A DNA stretch of 63,581 bases, filler included, from Octopus bimaculoides (Eukaryota): assembly GCF_001194135.2 (NCBI RefSeq). It is 7 parts of 7 records of this genome, joined end to end, with 100 filler letters (N's around TTAATTAATTAA, not from the genome) between each part and the next. Parts side by side here need not be neighbours in the genome. Positions count along the whole stretch, not along the records: positions 1 to 17,833 come from NC_068989.1; 6 more parts are not named here. One strand, 5' to 3'. Shown in pieces: positions 1 to 12,003 of the stretch. The translations under genes were made by a program, and so were the position numbers. The notes beneath the pieces were generated by a model. The model did not search any database. It saw only the letters and a program-made list of their open reading frames with translations, and had not been told where the DNA came from. Position 1 is the first letter of the stretch; each line of letters begins with the position of its first letter.

Positions 1-60
<60 letters not shown>

Positions 61-1689
61 CTAGAAAATATTAAATAGCTAAACTAGAATAGACATCTGT
101 GAATCATACTTAACCTATATACACCAATGAAGGACATGATGCTACGGTTTTTGTCTGAGACATAATCTTATCATTGCCATGCTGTGTTAAAAGCACATTT
201 TATATCGGAGCTGCGCTTTTAACACAACCCTCAAGAAGTAGCGTCCATAATACCATCATATCACTCCTAGTGTTTCGAAAAATTAACTCATTGGGTCATG
301 TGATCTTTAATAAATTGTGCAAAAAAAAAAAGAAAAAGAAAAGAAACGTGTGAATGGGATATTCAGTACTGGCATGCTTTTGATCATAAATCTGCTCGAT
401 CAGAGTTTATCTGCGGCGAAAAAACATCGACAGCATGCTTATAGATTGTTAAAGCGGTTACACTTGAATTACATTTTTAAAATAGGCTATTAACATCTCT
501 GGCATCGATAAACTAACTCAAGTGAAAATGTAAAGATAAGTTTTGATATCTTTTGAAATGGGAAATCAGGAGAAAGCAACTATCATTTTATAAATGAACG
601 CTTTTAGGAATACTGGCTTCTTCACATCTATAAAAGATCTTAGTTTCATTAAGATATCTTTGCCAATAGTGTATCATTCTCACAAACCAAGAAAATTAAG
701 ACTCATCTCGAGCTTTAATAATAAGGTGGAACTAATGAGTAACCCAAGATGCTACCCGGCGTTTTGAATTGCATTTTAGCATTGCTTAAATTTTCTCACT
801 GTCTATTAATATTCAAATGAAAATTCCTTAATAATAATATTCCATCGAATATTTCATTTAAACTGTACCGTCAAGATATCTTAAGATTAACTCTATATAT
901 CGATATTATTGTTAGTATTCGAGATTTTATTAGTATCGGGCTTAAATACGGCGGAAAGAAAAAAAACCAAACTATTCGTAGAATAGAGTAGTAAGTACTA
1001 ACATAGTTAATGTGGCAAACACGATTAGGTAGACACTGTTAAACAATGCTTAAATCAACGAACTAAAAACAAGAGGTAGAAATCTAAATGAAAAATGAAA
1101 TGAGTTGATGCATCGAAGTTTCAGTTAATTAAAATAGAAAATAATTAACGCACAGAGTGGAAAACAATTGTCCTTGGCAAACATGGTAATGGTTCTCGAT
1201 ATGTTTCGCTCTTTACAGATTTCCTTAATAAATCATTGAACAGAAAAAGTTTAAACAACAATGTTATGACGTTAATGTATTTCCAAAGTGTATTAGTGAC
1301 ATACTTGAAATTAAATCGCTATAACCTGAACTTGAAAGCTAGTGACTCATTCGGATTCGCTAAAGCTTATCATTGCGCGCTTAAAGTAATAAGAATAATT
1401 TATTTTCATAATGACTCATCTCGTATTTTTTTATTTACAGACCAGATACAACTAGATAGGCCGAGTTTATGACCTCACTGATATATGAAGTAGTAAGCAT
1501 TACGTAGAACATATGTAAGTAATTTATTCTGGAAACTAAAATGCTGTTCTAAGTAGCCATTAAGCCCTTAGCTAATAGAGCCAATAGCTTTTTTTTTTTA
1601 TCTTTTTAATTTTAGTCGAACGAATAGACCTTAGAACTTATACCGATGGTATTTTAATGCCAGGCCGCTATTTACGGGAACAGTGAGGA

Positions 1690-1873
1690 CAAACACAACA
1701 CCACACAACACACACACGACAAGCTTCTTTCAGTTTCCGTTTACCAATTACACTTACAAGGATTTGGTCCGCTCGAGAGTATAGTAGAAGACACTTGCCC
1801 TAGGTGCCACGTTGGGGAACTGAACCTAGAACAATGTGGCTGGGATGCAAACTTCCTACCACACATCCACGCC
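1690..1873 (-). mobile_element. SINE family A (octopus-type tRNA-derived SINE), 5' head fragment
   Basis: The reverse complement begins GGCGTGGATGTGTGGTAGGAAG...GGTTCAGTTCCC...GGCACCTAGGGCAAGTGTCTTCTACTATA, homologous to the copies at 41779, 48143 and 56783. Confidence 0.8.
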
Positions 1874-2111
1874 CAAATGATTTTATCAAATATAAATAAT
1901 AGGGCAGGTTTTTATCTAAATAGACAAGCATATATAACTATGTGAAATGTGTATAGTCTATTGTAAAAAAAAATACGCTTGATGAGCAAGAATGAGCCTA
2001 TACGCAAGGGGTGATGTGACAAAAGATTATTAAAGTCGTAGTTTAAGCAACAAATTATTTGCAGTATTTAATTAAAATAGCCATCTATGTATCATACTTA
2101 ATGTATATATA

Positions 2112-2400
2112 CACTGTTGAAAGGCCAGTTATACTCGTATTTGTACCAAGATAATATTTGTTATGGGCTTACTGTGTTAAAAAGAATAAATATCACAGAG
2201 ATGAAAATTCGTCCCAGCAGCAGCTAGTAAGAGCACTAGATGCGTTTTCAGCCTTTCTGTTGTGCCTTTTAAGTGGTGCATACTTATAGCTATCCAAATA
2301 CGAGGACAAAAATTTTGTCATCTCTGATAAAATAATAAAAAAAAGATAAAACACAAATCTATGTTGCGAGTAGTCACCCAGCTGATTAAAAATTTGGTAT
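2112..2400. mobile_element. Truncated copy of a palindromic MITE
   Basis: Shares TACACTGTTGA... and AAAATTCGTCCCAGCAGCAGCTAG with the copy at 2461. A partial inverted arm lies at about 2295-2340. Confidence 0.55.
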
Positions 2401-2460
2401 ACGCAAGTGAAAAAGTATTTAATTAAAATAGTCATCTATGTACTATACCTAATATATATA

Positions 2461-2818
2461 CACTGTTGATAGACCTGTTACAATAGTATTTTTCCTGAGA
2501 TTACATCTCTTATAGACTTTCTGTATTGACAATATAAAAAAAAAGCAATAACTATCAGAGTCAGACAAAAATTCGTCCCAGTAGCAGCTAGTGAAAACAT
2601 CAGATACAGTTCAGCTTTTTAGAGGTCTTTTTCAATGGGGGTCGCGCTATTGAAAAAGGCCCGAAAAGGCCGAAAAGCATCTGGCGCTCTCGCTGCTGAT
2701 ACGGATTTTTGTCTCACTCTCTGATATTTATTTATCTATTTGTTTTTTTAACACGGTTAGTCCATAAGAGATGTCATCTCATGAAAAATACTGCAGTAAC
2801 TGGTCTATCAACAATGTG
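2461..2818. mobile_element. Palindromic (foldback) MITE with long inverted arms
   Basis: The left end CACTGTTGATAGACCTGTTAC and right end GTAACTGGTCTATCAACAATGTG are inverted repeats. The arms stay similar for over 150 bp around a centre near 2640, with TA at the left flank. Confidence 0.7.
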
Positions 2819-3639
2819 CATATAATATATGGATTGTTTATTTACTTATTTATTTCAATAAACGATGTTACTGGTTCGCTGACTTTTAGCACGAATCTTA
2901 GATAACATTAATATTATTGGTATCCATTCTCTCTGTCTCTCTCATCCTCTCTATTCCCATCTTTCTTTCTATCCCTCCCTCTCTCCTCCTCTTACTCTCT
3001 AAAAGGTCGTCTGCTCAGTTTTTTTTTTTTACCAAGCTGATAAAACTTACCCACACAACATTCATCAACTGTATCACCTCCTGGTTTCATTCATTGTTGA
3101 ATTATCAAAGGGGAAATGTATCTACCAAGAATACTGCACAACGCCGATACATATATTTGATTCTTCTCTCAGAAGTGATGCAACTCTTAGACAATAAATA
3201 ATTTGAAGTATTACGAAAGAAATAAGTAAATAAATAAAGACAGAAAAATATCTTTAAATTGAACTGAAATATAACAGAGGTTAATGCGGCATTTTAATCA
3301 ACCGTCTTGATATGTATGAAGATTCCCGATGTGTGAAATAAAGATGAAAATTGCTTAAGCGGCAACTTAGCAAAAACAGAGAGCATTAAAAATTTAAAGT
3401 CAATTATGAACGTTACAATACCCAATGCATGCCAATTTGGTTGAAAAAAATATCCATTGCTTTATATATTAGAAGTCAAAAATAAATCGATCATGAGTCC
3501 ATTTTATCGACGATTTATCTCTCCTCTTATGTTTTCGTTATGGCGTTCGTTATGGCAATAATGATAAGTAGCTGGACTCGTGAATAATTCACGGAAAACT
3601 TTAAAAATGTAAGCATCAATAAACAGTGTATTGATGCCA

Positions 3640-3800
3640 CGAGAAATGTTTGCATATTATGACCGTTTGTCTTTACGTTCTGAGTTCAAATTCTTCCGAG
3701 GTCGACTTTCGGGGTCGATAAATTAAATACTAGCTGTGTACTGGGGTCGATCTAATCAACTGGTCCCCTCCCCACAAAAAATTCAGGCCTAGAAAAGTAT
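3640..3800 (+). mobile_element. SINE family B fragment
   Basis: TACGTTCTGAGTTCAAATTC...GAGGTCGACTTT...GGGGTCGAT motifs shared with the copies at 24891, 18450 and 58950. Confidence 0.75.
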
Positions 3801-4223
3801 ATTGTGACAGTTACAGTATATAGAAAGTAACGTAACACCAATGACTATATAATCCAACCAAAATATCTGTTACACAAACATAAACAGAATTACTATTTAA
3901 CCTTAAAATACATCGTACACCAGCATGACCGCAGTCACTTGGCTGAAACACATAAATAAATAAATAAAAATAAAAAATACACACACACACACACACACAC
4001 ACACANNNNNNNNNNNNNNNNNNNNNNNNNNNNNNNNNNNNNNNNNNNNNNNNNNNNNNNNNNNNNNNNNNNNNNNNNNNNNNNNNNNNNNNNNNNNNNN
4101 NNNNNNNNNNNNNNNNNNNNNNNNNNNNNNNNNNNNNNNNNNNNNNNNTATATATACATAAAAATTCCTCTATTTTCATAATATCGAGGTCTCGTTCTTT
4201 TGTTGACATTTTATTATTATTAA

Positions 4224-4254
<31 letters not shown>

Positions 4255-4469
4255 GGATGTATGGATATATTTACGCATAAGTATATGTGTATTGGGACAT
4301 ACACAATTTAGCATACGTGTACCTATTTCTATATCAGTGTGTATGTATGTTTACATACGTATATGTAAATCTATGTACGTCTGTATAAACTAATTATATT
4401 ATGTTATTTGCGAATATCCAATGTATATTGATTGAAGACTCTTCTGCTTTACCAAAGAGGAATAAGGGA

Positions 4470-4895
4470 AAGAAGAGGAGGGAGGACTTCCTGAAAAAAT
4501 CCGAGGAGAGCGGATAGGGACTTCCTGGAAATTTTCAAGGAGGGGAGGAAGGACTTCCGGGCAAAGTCCAAGGAGGGTGAGTGGGCGTTCCTGGAAAATT
4601 TCGAGGAAGGGGAAGAAGTGGAGGAAGGACTTCCTGGAAAAGTCCGAGGTGGGGTGAGTAGGAGTTCCTGGAAAAGTCCGAGGATTGAGTGGGACTTTCT
4701 GGAAAATTCCGAGGAGGGGTAGAGGAGCACGAAATTCCCGGGAGCGGAAGAAAGAGGAGGGAGCAGGAGAAAGGGGAGGGAGGAGAAGAGGGTATAAGGG
4801 GGGAATGGGAGGAGTGGAAGTAGGACGTCCTGGAAGAGTCCAAGGAAGAGGAGGGGTGGAGAGAGGGGAGGAAGGACTTCCTAGAAAAGTCTGAG
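4470..4895. repeat. Purine-rich minisatellite with about 9 copies of a palindromic core GGACTTCCTGGAAAAGTCC
   Basis: Cores at about 4482, 4518, 4551, 4584, 4627, 4661, 4692, 4822 and 4874, separated by variable GGA/GAG-rich linkers. Confidence 0.85.
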
Positions 4896-4959
4896 GAGGA
4901 GGCTTGTTGGAATGACGGGTTACAGGCAGAGAGAAGAGATACCATAGGCGCAACCGATG

Positions 4960-5390
4960 ATGCGATGATGAGGACGTCCGTGGTGTGTTCGGCATCGAAA
5001 GACGAACGGGGGAGTACTATTGGAAAGAAGAAACCCACCGTACTGAGAAACAGGGTGAGTTGCTATGAGGACACTTTGAAAAGAGATGCCAGAACAGATG
5101 GGTGGAGAAGAACATTTTGATGCCATGGAGAGAGGAGGCGACGAGCGGTGTTCTGCGGTGGATGGCAGTGGTTCAGCCGACAAAGGTTCGACCGGTGCTG
5201 GGCTTCAGAGAGTTGAACGAGCACGTGTCCTGCCAGATGGATGGCGAGGCAGCGGGTGTGTGTGGAGAAACCTTTCGGGAGTGGAGGCGAATGAGGGGAG
5301 TGACTGATCGTCGATATCAAGTCAGCCTATCTGCGGTCAGAGAAATTTTGGAGGTACCAACTAGTGAGGTACAAGGTCAGAACATACTGC
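4960..5390 (+). mobile_element. Degenerate Ty3/Gypsy-like LTR retrotransposon pol (RT N-terminal part)
   Basis: Frameshifted translation gives ILMPWREEATSGVLRWMAVVQPTKVRPVLGFRELNEHVSC and then IVDIKSAYL...WRYQLVRYKVRTYC. These are the RPVLDxRELN and VDxKSAY motifs of LTR-retrotransposon RT. Confidence 0.8.
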
Positions 5391-5399
5391 AAAACTAAG

Positions 5400-5490
5400 G
5401 GGGTTAGTCGATTACATTGCCTAGTGCTTGGTTGGTATTTCATTTTAGTGAACCGAAAGGATAGAAGGTAAAATTAACATCTACTAGATT
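5400..5490 (-). mobile_element. SINE family B fragment
   Basis: AGTCGATTACATTG...GGTATTTCATT...GAAAGGATAGAAGG matches the reverse strand of family B. Confidence 0.55.
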
Positions 5491-5847
5491 TATACTCATT
5501 TCTTCTGATGTAAAGCATTGGAGAGAATGTTGCTAATCATCTTGTCCGACGCTCAAACGACAACTAAACAACAATGCAAAGACGGAAAGAAATGAAAAAT
5601 GATAATCTAAAAGTGAACGTTGAATATAAACTGTTTCTAGATAAATAACCATACTCTGACGTTCAAAGAATGACTATTTTTAAATTGAAACAATACCAGC
5701 TAAATTTTTTTCTTTCTTTTTTGTTCAAGTTTTCAGTCTGAAAAAGGCAAAATGGTGGTTATCTTCTAAAGCAAAATATTTTGTATACAACTGCTTTTTA
5801 ATAGCAAGTGGAGAGACTTACTTAGCATATGTGCCATTATGTCTTAT

Positions 5848-5947
<100 letters not shown>

Positions 5948-6199
5948 TTTCTCTCTTTCCGTACTCACCTCACACATACGTACGCGCACGTACGCACACA
6001 TGCATACATACTTTCTCGTCTGTAATATATATATATATATATATATAAACTAAAACCTAAATGTATATATATATGTATGTGCATGCATGTATGCATGTAT
6101 ATATGTTTATATATTTATAGGTTTAGTATTTCTTCTTGTGTTTGTTTTGTGTTATTTTGTTTTGTAATACTCATTTATTTCATTCTGTTTCCTCAGATA

Positions 6200-6560
6200 T
6201 TTTGATCAGATGTCATGGTTGCCGTAGCGTCGACAATTTATCAGATGAGAGGAAGGTGTAGATGGCATCTGTTTGACTTGGATTTCCTGTTTTAAGCGAG
6301 GAGTATATACTTGAAGCTGTCTTCAGGTAAGGTCGAATGCAAAAGAGGGCAGCTATCACACCTTTGTATGATCTGGTACCGGAAGTACTTCCTGTAATAT
6401 TTTGTTTGTTTCTTTTTCGCCAACTTTTCTCTTTATGCGAGACAGTTTGTCGGTGTCAAATACGAACAAATGCCACATATATGAAAGTGTTTTGTTTTCT
6501 TTTTCTTCTTTAAAATATATACCTTGGTATAAATGATTTTTGTTGTTGGGATTGTTGTCG
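6200..6560 (-). mobile_element. Highly decayed Penelope-like GIY-YIG endonuclease 3' remnant
   Basis: Frame-hopping translation gives LYQGIYFKEEKENKT / FIYV(G)ICS / KLSR / SCPL(C) / NRKS...RCH, resembling the C-terminus of Neptune-like GIY-YIG domains. It has many frameshifts. Confidence 0.45.
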
Positions 6561-7101
6561 TCTGTGTAGATATTCACACCTAATTTTTGTTACTGTTGTT
6601 GGTTTGGTTACTGATGATGATTTAAATACAATAAATGTAGATAGAAATTATTAAAAAAATTTAAACGCCCAAAAAGCAGCGAAAAAACCCAATATAAAAT
6701 ATTATGTATAAACGGGGAAATAAACGAGTCACTTTATTAGTTTTCTTCTATAAAACAGAAGGGTAATCTGAGGCGAGTCGAGTATGCCATCCAAGTTCTA
6801 TTTGTGCATGACACTATTTCATTTTATTTATTTATTCATTTATTTGTTTGTTTCTGTGTTCAGATATTCTATATTGCAATTAATGAACAATAGCGCCGTG
6901 GTTATATGTTTCTATCAAACACTACCAATTACTAGTTCACTGGAATTCTGATGGCGTAAGAGACGAACAAGCGACTCTCTGTACCTCGATATACATCAAA
7001 TATATGAAGGGACCAGATCTTCTTTTCTGTTTTCAATATTTTTCGCCGATATATATTAGCGAAATATATGCACGCGACACACACTCACTCACACACACGC
7101 A

Positions 7102-7186
<85 letters not shown>

Positions 7187-7289
7187 GTACATAAATACAT
7201 GCATATGTACATACATACATACACGCTCACATACATGAGAAGAGTATTCACTACAAAATTAAGTAAAAAAGCCCACCAGATACGGTATT

Positions 7290-7815
7290 AAAAGCTGTTA
7301 ATGAAATTGGCGAGGACTATTTACAGCAGTATAACGAATCCTCATTCTGGCAGATTAACGCCTGTCTATATGTCCTATCTACTACTGCAAAGCAGTATAT
7401 GAACGACATTCAAAAAGTGAACATAACCGAAACAACGAAGAAAGTGCCATCATGGCTTTTGAAGACAGAGAAAAAGATAGATCATTTATGGAAGACCATC
7501 AGTCATGTGATGATGCCTATTGCGTGCAAAGAAACAAATCACTATACGTCTCACCAACAAAAAATTTGGAAGGAGATAGAATTGAAGTTTGGAGATAGCA
7601 AAAGGAGGACACTCACTTGCAAACTGACCACCCTCAAGCAGGAGTTAAAAGCTGTCAGTGAGAAACTCCGACATCAGAAGAGAATAACCGAGGAAAAAAC
7701 AATAAACAAAAAGTTTAGCTGGAACCAGACAGCATTATACAGAGACATAAGAGGCGGAGCAGTGAACATCAAAGAAGCTCCTTCACGAGATGACATAGAC
7801 TCCTTCTGAAGTATT
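7290..7815 (+). mobile_element. R4/Dong-type (REL) LINE fragment, pre-RT region
   Basis: ORF 7399-7809 reads KVPSW...LKQELKAVSEKLRHQKR...INKKFSWNQTALYRDIRGG...KEAPSRDDIDSF, typical of the region upstream of RT in R4-clade LINEs. Confidence 0.75.
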
Positions 7816-7889
7816 TATGAGCATGTCTAGATATGCAACGATATGCATGAAAATGAAAATCTATATATATATATATATAAAAATGAGAA

Positions 7890-7923
<34 letters not shown>

Positions 7924-8624
7924 GTGTGTGTGTGTGTGTGTGCGTGCGTGTGTTGTGTGTCTGTGTGCTTCCCTAAAACTCGAGAACTACACGACCCCGA
8001 AAGTATGAAAGTCCATAACAACTTCGGTAGAATTCGAACTTAAAGCGCAATGAACACTTCTCTTAAAAATTGNNNNNNNNNNNNNNNNNNNNNNNNNNNN
8101 NNNNNNNNNNNNNNNNNNNNNNNNNNNNNNNNNNNNNNNNNNNNNNNNNNNNNNNNNNNNNNNNNNNNNNNNNNNNNNNNNNNNNNNNNNNNNNNNNNNN
8201 NNNNNNNNNNNNNNNNNNNNNNNNNNNNNNNNNNNNNNNNNNNNNNNNNNNNNNNNNNNNNNNNNNNNNNNNNNNNNNNNNNNNNNNNNNNNNNNNNNNN
8301 NNNNNNNNNNNNNNNNNNNNNNNNNNNNNNNNNNNNNNNNNNNNNNNNNNNNNNNNNNNNNNNNNNNNNNNNNNNNNNNNNNNNNNNNNNNNNNNNNNNN
8401 NNNNNNNNNNNNNNNNNNNNNNNNNNNNNNNNNNNNNNNNNNNNNNNNNNNNNNNNNNNNNNNNNNNNNNNNNNNNNNNNNNNNNNNNNNNNNNNNNNNN
8501 NNNNNNNNNNNNNNNNNNNNNNNNNNNNNNNNNNNNNNNNNNNAAAAAAAAAAAAAAAAAAAAAAAAAAAATCGTAAGGCTGGTCATGGCTAGTAACTCT
8601 TTGATTTCAGGTCTGCTTTATCAG

Positions 8625-8884
8625 TGTGCAGAGAATTCGTTGATAGACAAATCGCCGACAGACAATTCATCGACAGACAATTCGCCGATTGGACAATTAA
8701 GTCGACATATAGAAGTATCGATCATGGAGTTTATCAAAATGGAACAAGGAGGCAGACATTTAAAAAATGTTGACATATTGTCCTTTCGGCAAATTGTCCA
8801 ATTGGTCAGTTGTCCTGTCTGTAAATTGTCTGTCGGTCAGTTGTCTGTCCGCCAACTGTTTGTCGACGAATTGTCCGTCTACCG
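8625..8884. mobile_element. MULE-like MITE with subterminal GACAATTCGTCGACA-type repeats
   Basis: Inverted arrays (GACAATTC... on the left, ...AATTGTC on the right). A 9-bp direct repeat CTTTATCAG at 8616-8624 and 8885-8893 is consistent with a TSD. Confidence 0.65.
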
Positions 8885-9149
8885 CTTTATCAGGGCTCAT
8901 CTGATGTTAAGTAACAACCGCAAACACGCCGTCAATGCCGACGTGAACGCCAACAATTTAAGTCTTAATGACTGCTCATCGTACGTAGCACTAGAAACGT
9001 ACTACAGAGAGAACATCGAATAAAATCGATGTGTAATTAGCAAATATGTGAGCCAACTAGTTCTAAATACTATTATAGTTGTTATTGATGTTGCTAGTTT
9101 CGTTACTATTATAATTGTTAAAACGATAAATATATAAAGAGCAGCTACG

Positions 9150-9470
9150 GGTAGTAAGCAATGAAATTCTTACATTCTCTCGATTTCCGCTTCGTGGTCC
9201 CAGTAAACAAAATGGAAAAGGTGTTGCTCCGAAGGATGGCGAGAGAGATCCACTGGAACAACTACTCTGACTTAAGGTTCTCGCATTGGCGGATAACCAT
9301 ATCCGTCCCGATATCGGTGAGCAAAGAAACGGTCCGGGGCTGAGAATGCCTGAGGTCTCCATTGTCACAGGCTCGACCATAGACCTGTCAAGAGAGCGAC
9401 CGATGCGCCATGCTGATCTCATATTCCTCCATGAGCCTTTAGAAAGCAACGTGGAGTTACTCCTGTCTAG
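9150..9470 (-). mobile_element. CRE-type LINE restriction-like endonuclease 3' remnant
   Basis: Minus-strand frames give MVEPVTMETSGILS / RTVSLLTDIG / LFQWISLAILRSNTFSIL, matching the PxAxETxG and LFQRxSxAxxRGN motifs at the end of CRE-clade ORFs. Confidence 0.6.
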
Positions 9471-10443
9471 CCCCACTTTAATTATTCTTTACGAAAATAA
9501 ATATTTCGATGGTTCACTGCTAACCCAATGTGTTTGTTACAGGATGTTATTGAAAGTAATCAAAGAACAGACGAAACGACATATAAGAACTTAATGACAT
9601 TACTAGGTCTGTGCAAACAATTTAATTTGTAGTGCTGGAGAGAGAGGGAGAGAGAGAGAGAGAGAGAGAGATAGAGAGAGAGGAGGGTGATAGAGAGGGA
9701 GAGAGAGAGGGGGATAGAGAGGGAGAGAGAGAGGGGGATAGAGAGGGAGAGAGAGAGAAATGGGAGTGAGGAAAGCGCCGAGAGCAAAAGGGAAAAGGAA
9801 AGAATGAGAAGAAAATAAGAGAGCGAGAGAGCTTTTTGATTTAGTTCAAAAGATTAATGTAAATAGTAGTAATGGTACTGTTGTTTTGGAAAAATCTGCT
9901 CCATGCAGGTCACACATAGATTCGATATCACAGAGATATTATTAATAACTGACGAAACGTATTTGTTTCATTGGAGACAAAACAGCGTACAATAACCGTC
10001 AAAACTGCCGCCTTCAACTATCGTTCAGCCCGGCTTTCCGAATGAACTTCCGGTTCGCACTGAATAACATGCCTTACTTTCTAACCCTTAGCAACTGAGA
10101 ACTATTTTCTTTAACAATGCACTCACCTTATCTAGTATTACCGCCATAGAATGGCTGTAATTTCCTGGTGTGTCGGGTTTCGATTCTTATGCTATTTTAT
10201 TTGAATTTATTTTTATCTGAATCTATATGGAGATGGAATGCTCAAGAATTAATTGATGGTCAAGCGATGTAAGTTTGCCAGAGAGAAATATATTTCCAAG
10301 ACGTACAGACAGGATAAGAAATTTGTATGCGTGCATGTATGTATATGTATGTGTGTGCACGCGCGTACGTGTGTGTGCGTGCGTGCGTGCGTGTGTGTGT
10401 GTGTGTGTGTGTGCATATGTGTGCGCGCGCATGTGTATGTAAA

Positions 10444-10560
10444 GGCGTGTGGCCTAATGGTTAGAGCGTTGCACTTATGATCGTAAGACCATGGTTACGA
10501 TTATCGGTCCACATTGTGCGTCGTGTTTTGGAGCCAAACACTTCATTTCATGTTACTCCA
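10444..10560 (+). mobile_element. tRNA-derived SINE head (family C)
   Basis: GGCGTGTGGCCTAATGGTTAGAGCGTTGCACT (A box-like) followed by a degenerate B box. Homologous to 58746. Confidence 0.6.
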
Positions 10561-10879
10561 GCAAAAGTTGTAAAGTTAGCCCAGGGAGGAGTGTTGTAAC
10601 CGGAGTCACTTATACACCATGGGAACTCGGTTAAGTTCCGGTTTTATGAGGTCTAGGGTACATGACGGACCTAAGTATATATGTCATACTTTCAATAACC
10701 TCGAGATGGATAAACTTAGTTTGTCATAATCTGGACAGTTCGTACGGCGATGGGATGGTCATAGATTGAATGACAGTCGAACGATATAAGCTCGAGTCCA
10801 AGACGTACAAACGCCGCGTATAAGAAAAACGCTCTAACGCACACCGCCAACAATAAAGTGCACAGAAACAGGAACTGGC

Positions 10880-10965
10880 GCGCTCTGACCCGCCTCAACC
10901 AGAAATTGATTGGAGAGAATGCAGTATATATAAACTGTCGCTCTGCATTTCATACAATTCATCAC
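10880..10965 (+). promoter_or_regulatory. Possible Pol II core promoter (GC box, inverted CCAAT, TATA, Inr-like)
   Basis: GACCCGCCTC, ATTGATTGG and TATATATAAA, then TCATAC/TCACTG about 25-35 bp downstream, in locally CpG-rich DNA. No downstream gene was identified. Confidence 0.3.
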
Positions 10966-11604
10966 TGCATGTTGGAGATGTTGGAGATGTGGGGGGGGGG
11001 GGCTACAACAACAAAAATAACGCCATTTTTCTATTCTCAGTCCTACATATTTATACCATTGTTCCATTCCTTGAACTCCATAGGATTCAGGTTCTCTTGA
11101 TTGCATCAACATTTTCATCAGGAAGTCTCCTAAATTACTGCCCATGAATTTGACAAATAACTCACGCTCTAGACGAGCATTTTAAAGGTTTCGTTGACGA
11201 TGATACGAATGGTTCAAGAAATATATAAAAATAATACATATGTCTATGAAGATGTGACATGAAGTACTGCCGTAAATTATGCTAATCAAATGCAATGCAT
11301 ATTGTCATATTCCTGACAAAGATGTGTTTAGAATGTTCTTTCTACGCTTTTGCTGTCATTTCTTAATGGTTTAATGAAAGAAGGAAGAGCAGCAGCAGTC
11401 TCAGGTCCTCCTTCCAAGACCGATGGGGGAAAGAAAAAGAAAAAGAAAAAAGTTATCCTCACATTAGAGATTGGCCCAACGTTTGCAACTGTGTAGACTT
11501 CACCAAAGACATCCCAGCGCTAAGAGTTGGTGTTAAGCCGTGCGAAGGAATAGATTCAAGAACAGAAACAATGTCTCTGACGGGCTACTATGTAAATATT
11601 CCTT

Positions 11605-11808
11605 TCTATTATAAGCACAAGGCCTGAAATTTCCGGGGAGAGTGCTTGTCGATTACATTGATCCCAGTGCTCAACTGGTACTTATTTCGACACCGAAAAA
11701 ATGAAAGGAGAAGTCAACCTTAGTGGAATTAGAACTCAGAACGTAATGACAGACGAAATGCTGCTAAGCATTTTGCCGAGCATGCTAACAATTCTGCCAG
11801 CTCGCCGT
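11605..11808 (-). mobile_element. SINE family B, near full length
   Basis: The reverse complement starts ACGGCGAGCTGGCAGAATTGTTAGCATG and ends GGCCTTGTGCTTATAATAGAAAG. Confidence 0.85.
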
Positions 11809-11829
11809 CTTACTAAGTCACTATATTGG

Positions 11830-12003
11830 TTTCAAATTTTGGCACAAGGCCAGTAATTTAGAGGGGTAAGTCGATTATATTGACCCCAGTCCTCAACTGG
11901 TACTTATGTTATAGACTCCGAAAGAATGAAAGGAAAAGTCAACCTCGGTGGAATTAGAACTAAGAACGTAAGGACGGACGAAATACCACTTAGCATTTTG
12001 CCC
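11830..12003 (-). mobile_element. SINE family B, second adjacent copy
   Basis: GTCGATTATATTGACCCCAGT...GAAAGGAAAAGTCAACCTCGG. Confidence 0.8.

Noticed and set aside
4470-4895. CRISPR-like appearance (palindromic repeats with variable spacers) and a collagen-like GLPGK reading
   Set aside because: The spacers are low-complexity and mutually similar, the repeats are degenerate, no cas genes are present and the context is eukaryotic. There is no sustained Gly-X-Y frame.
6150-6200. Minus-strand CTGAGGA...GAAA downstream of the decayed GIY-YIG remnant
   Set aside because: The position is suggestive but there is no stem II pairing. At most an unrecognisable relic.
9181-9594. Plus-strand reading frame interrupted by a single TGA at 9268 (selenoprotein idea)
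   Set aside because: There is no selenoprotein-like motif. The region is better explained by a CRE-type LINE remnant on the minus strand.
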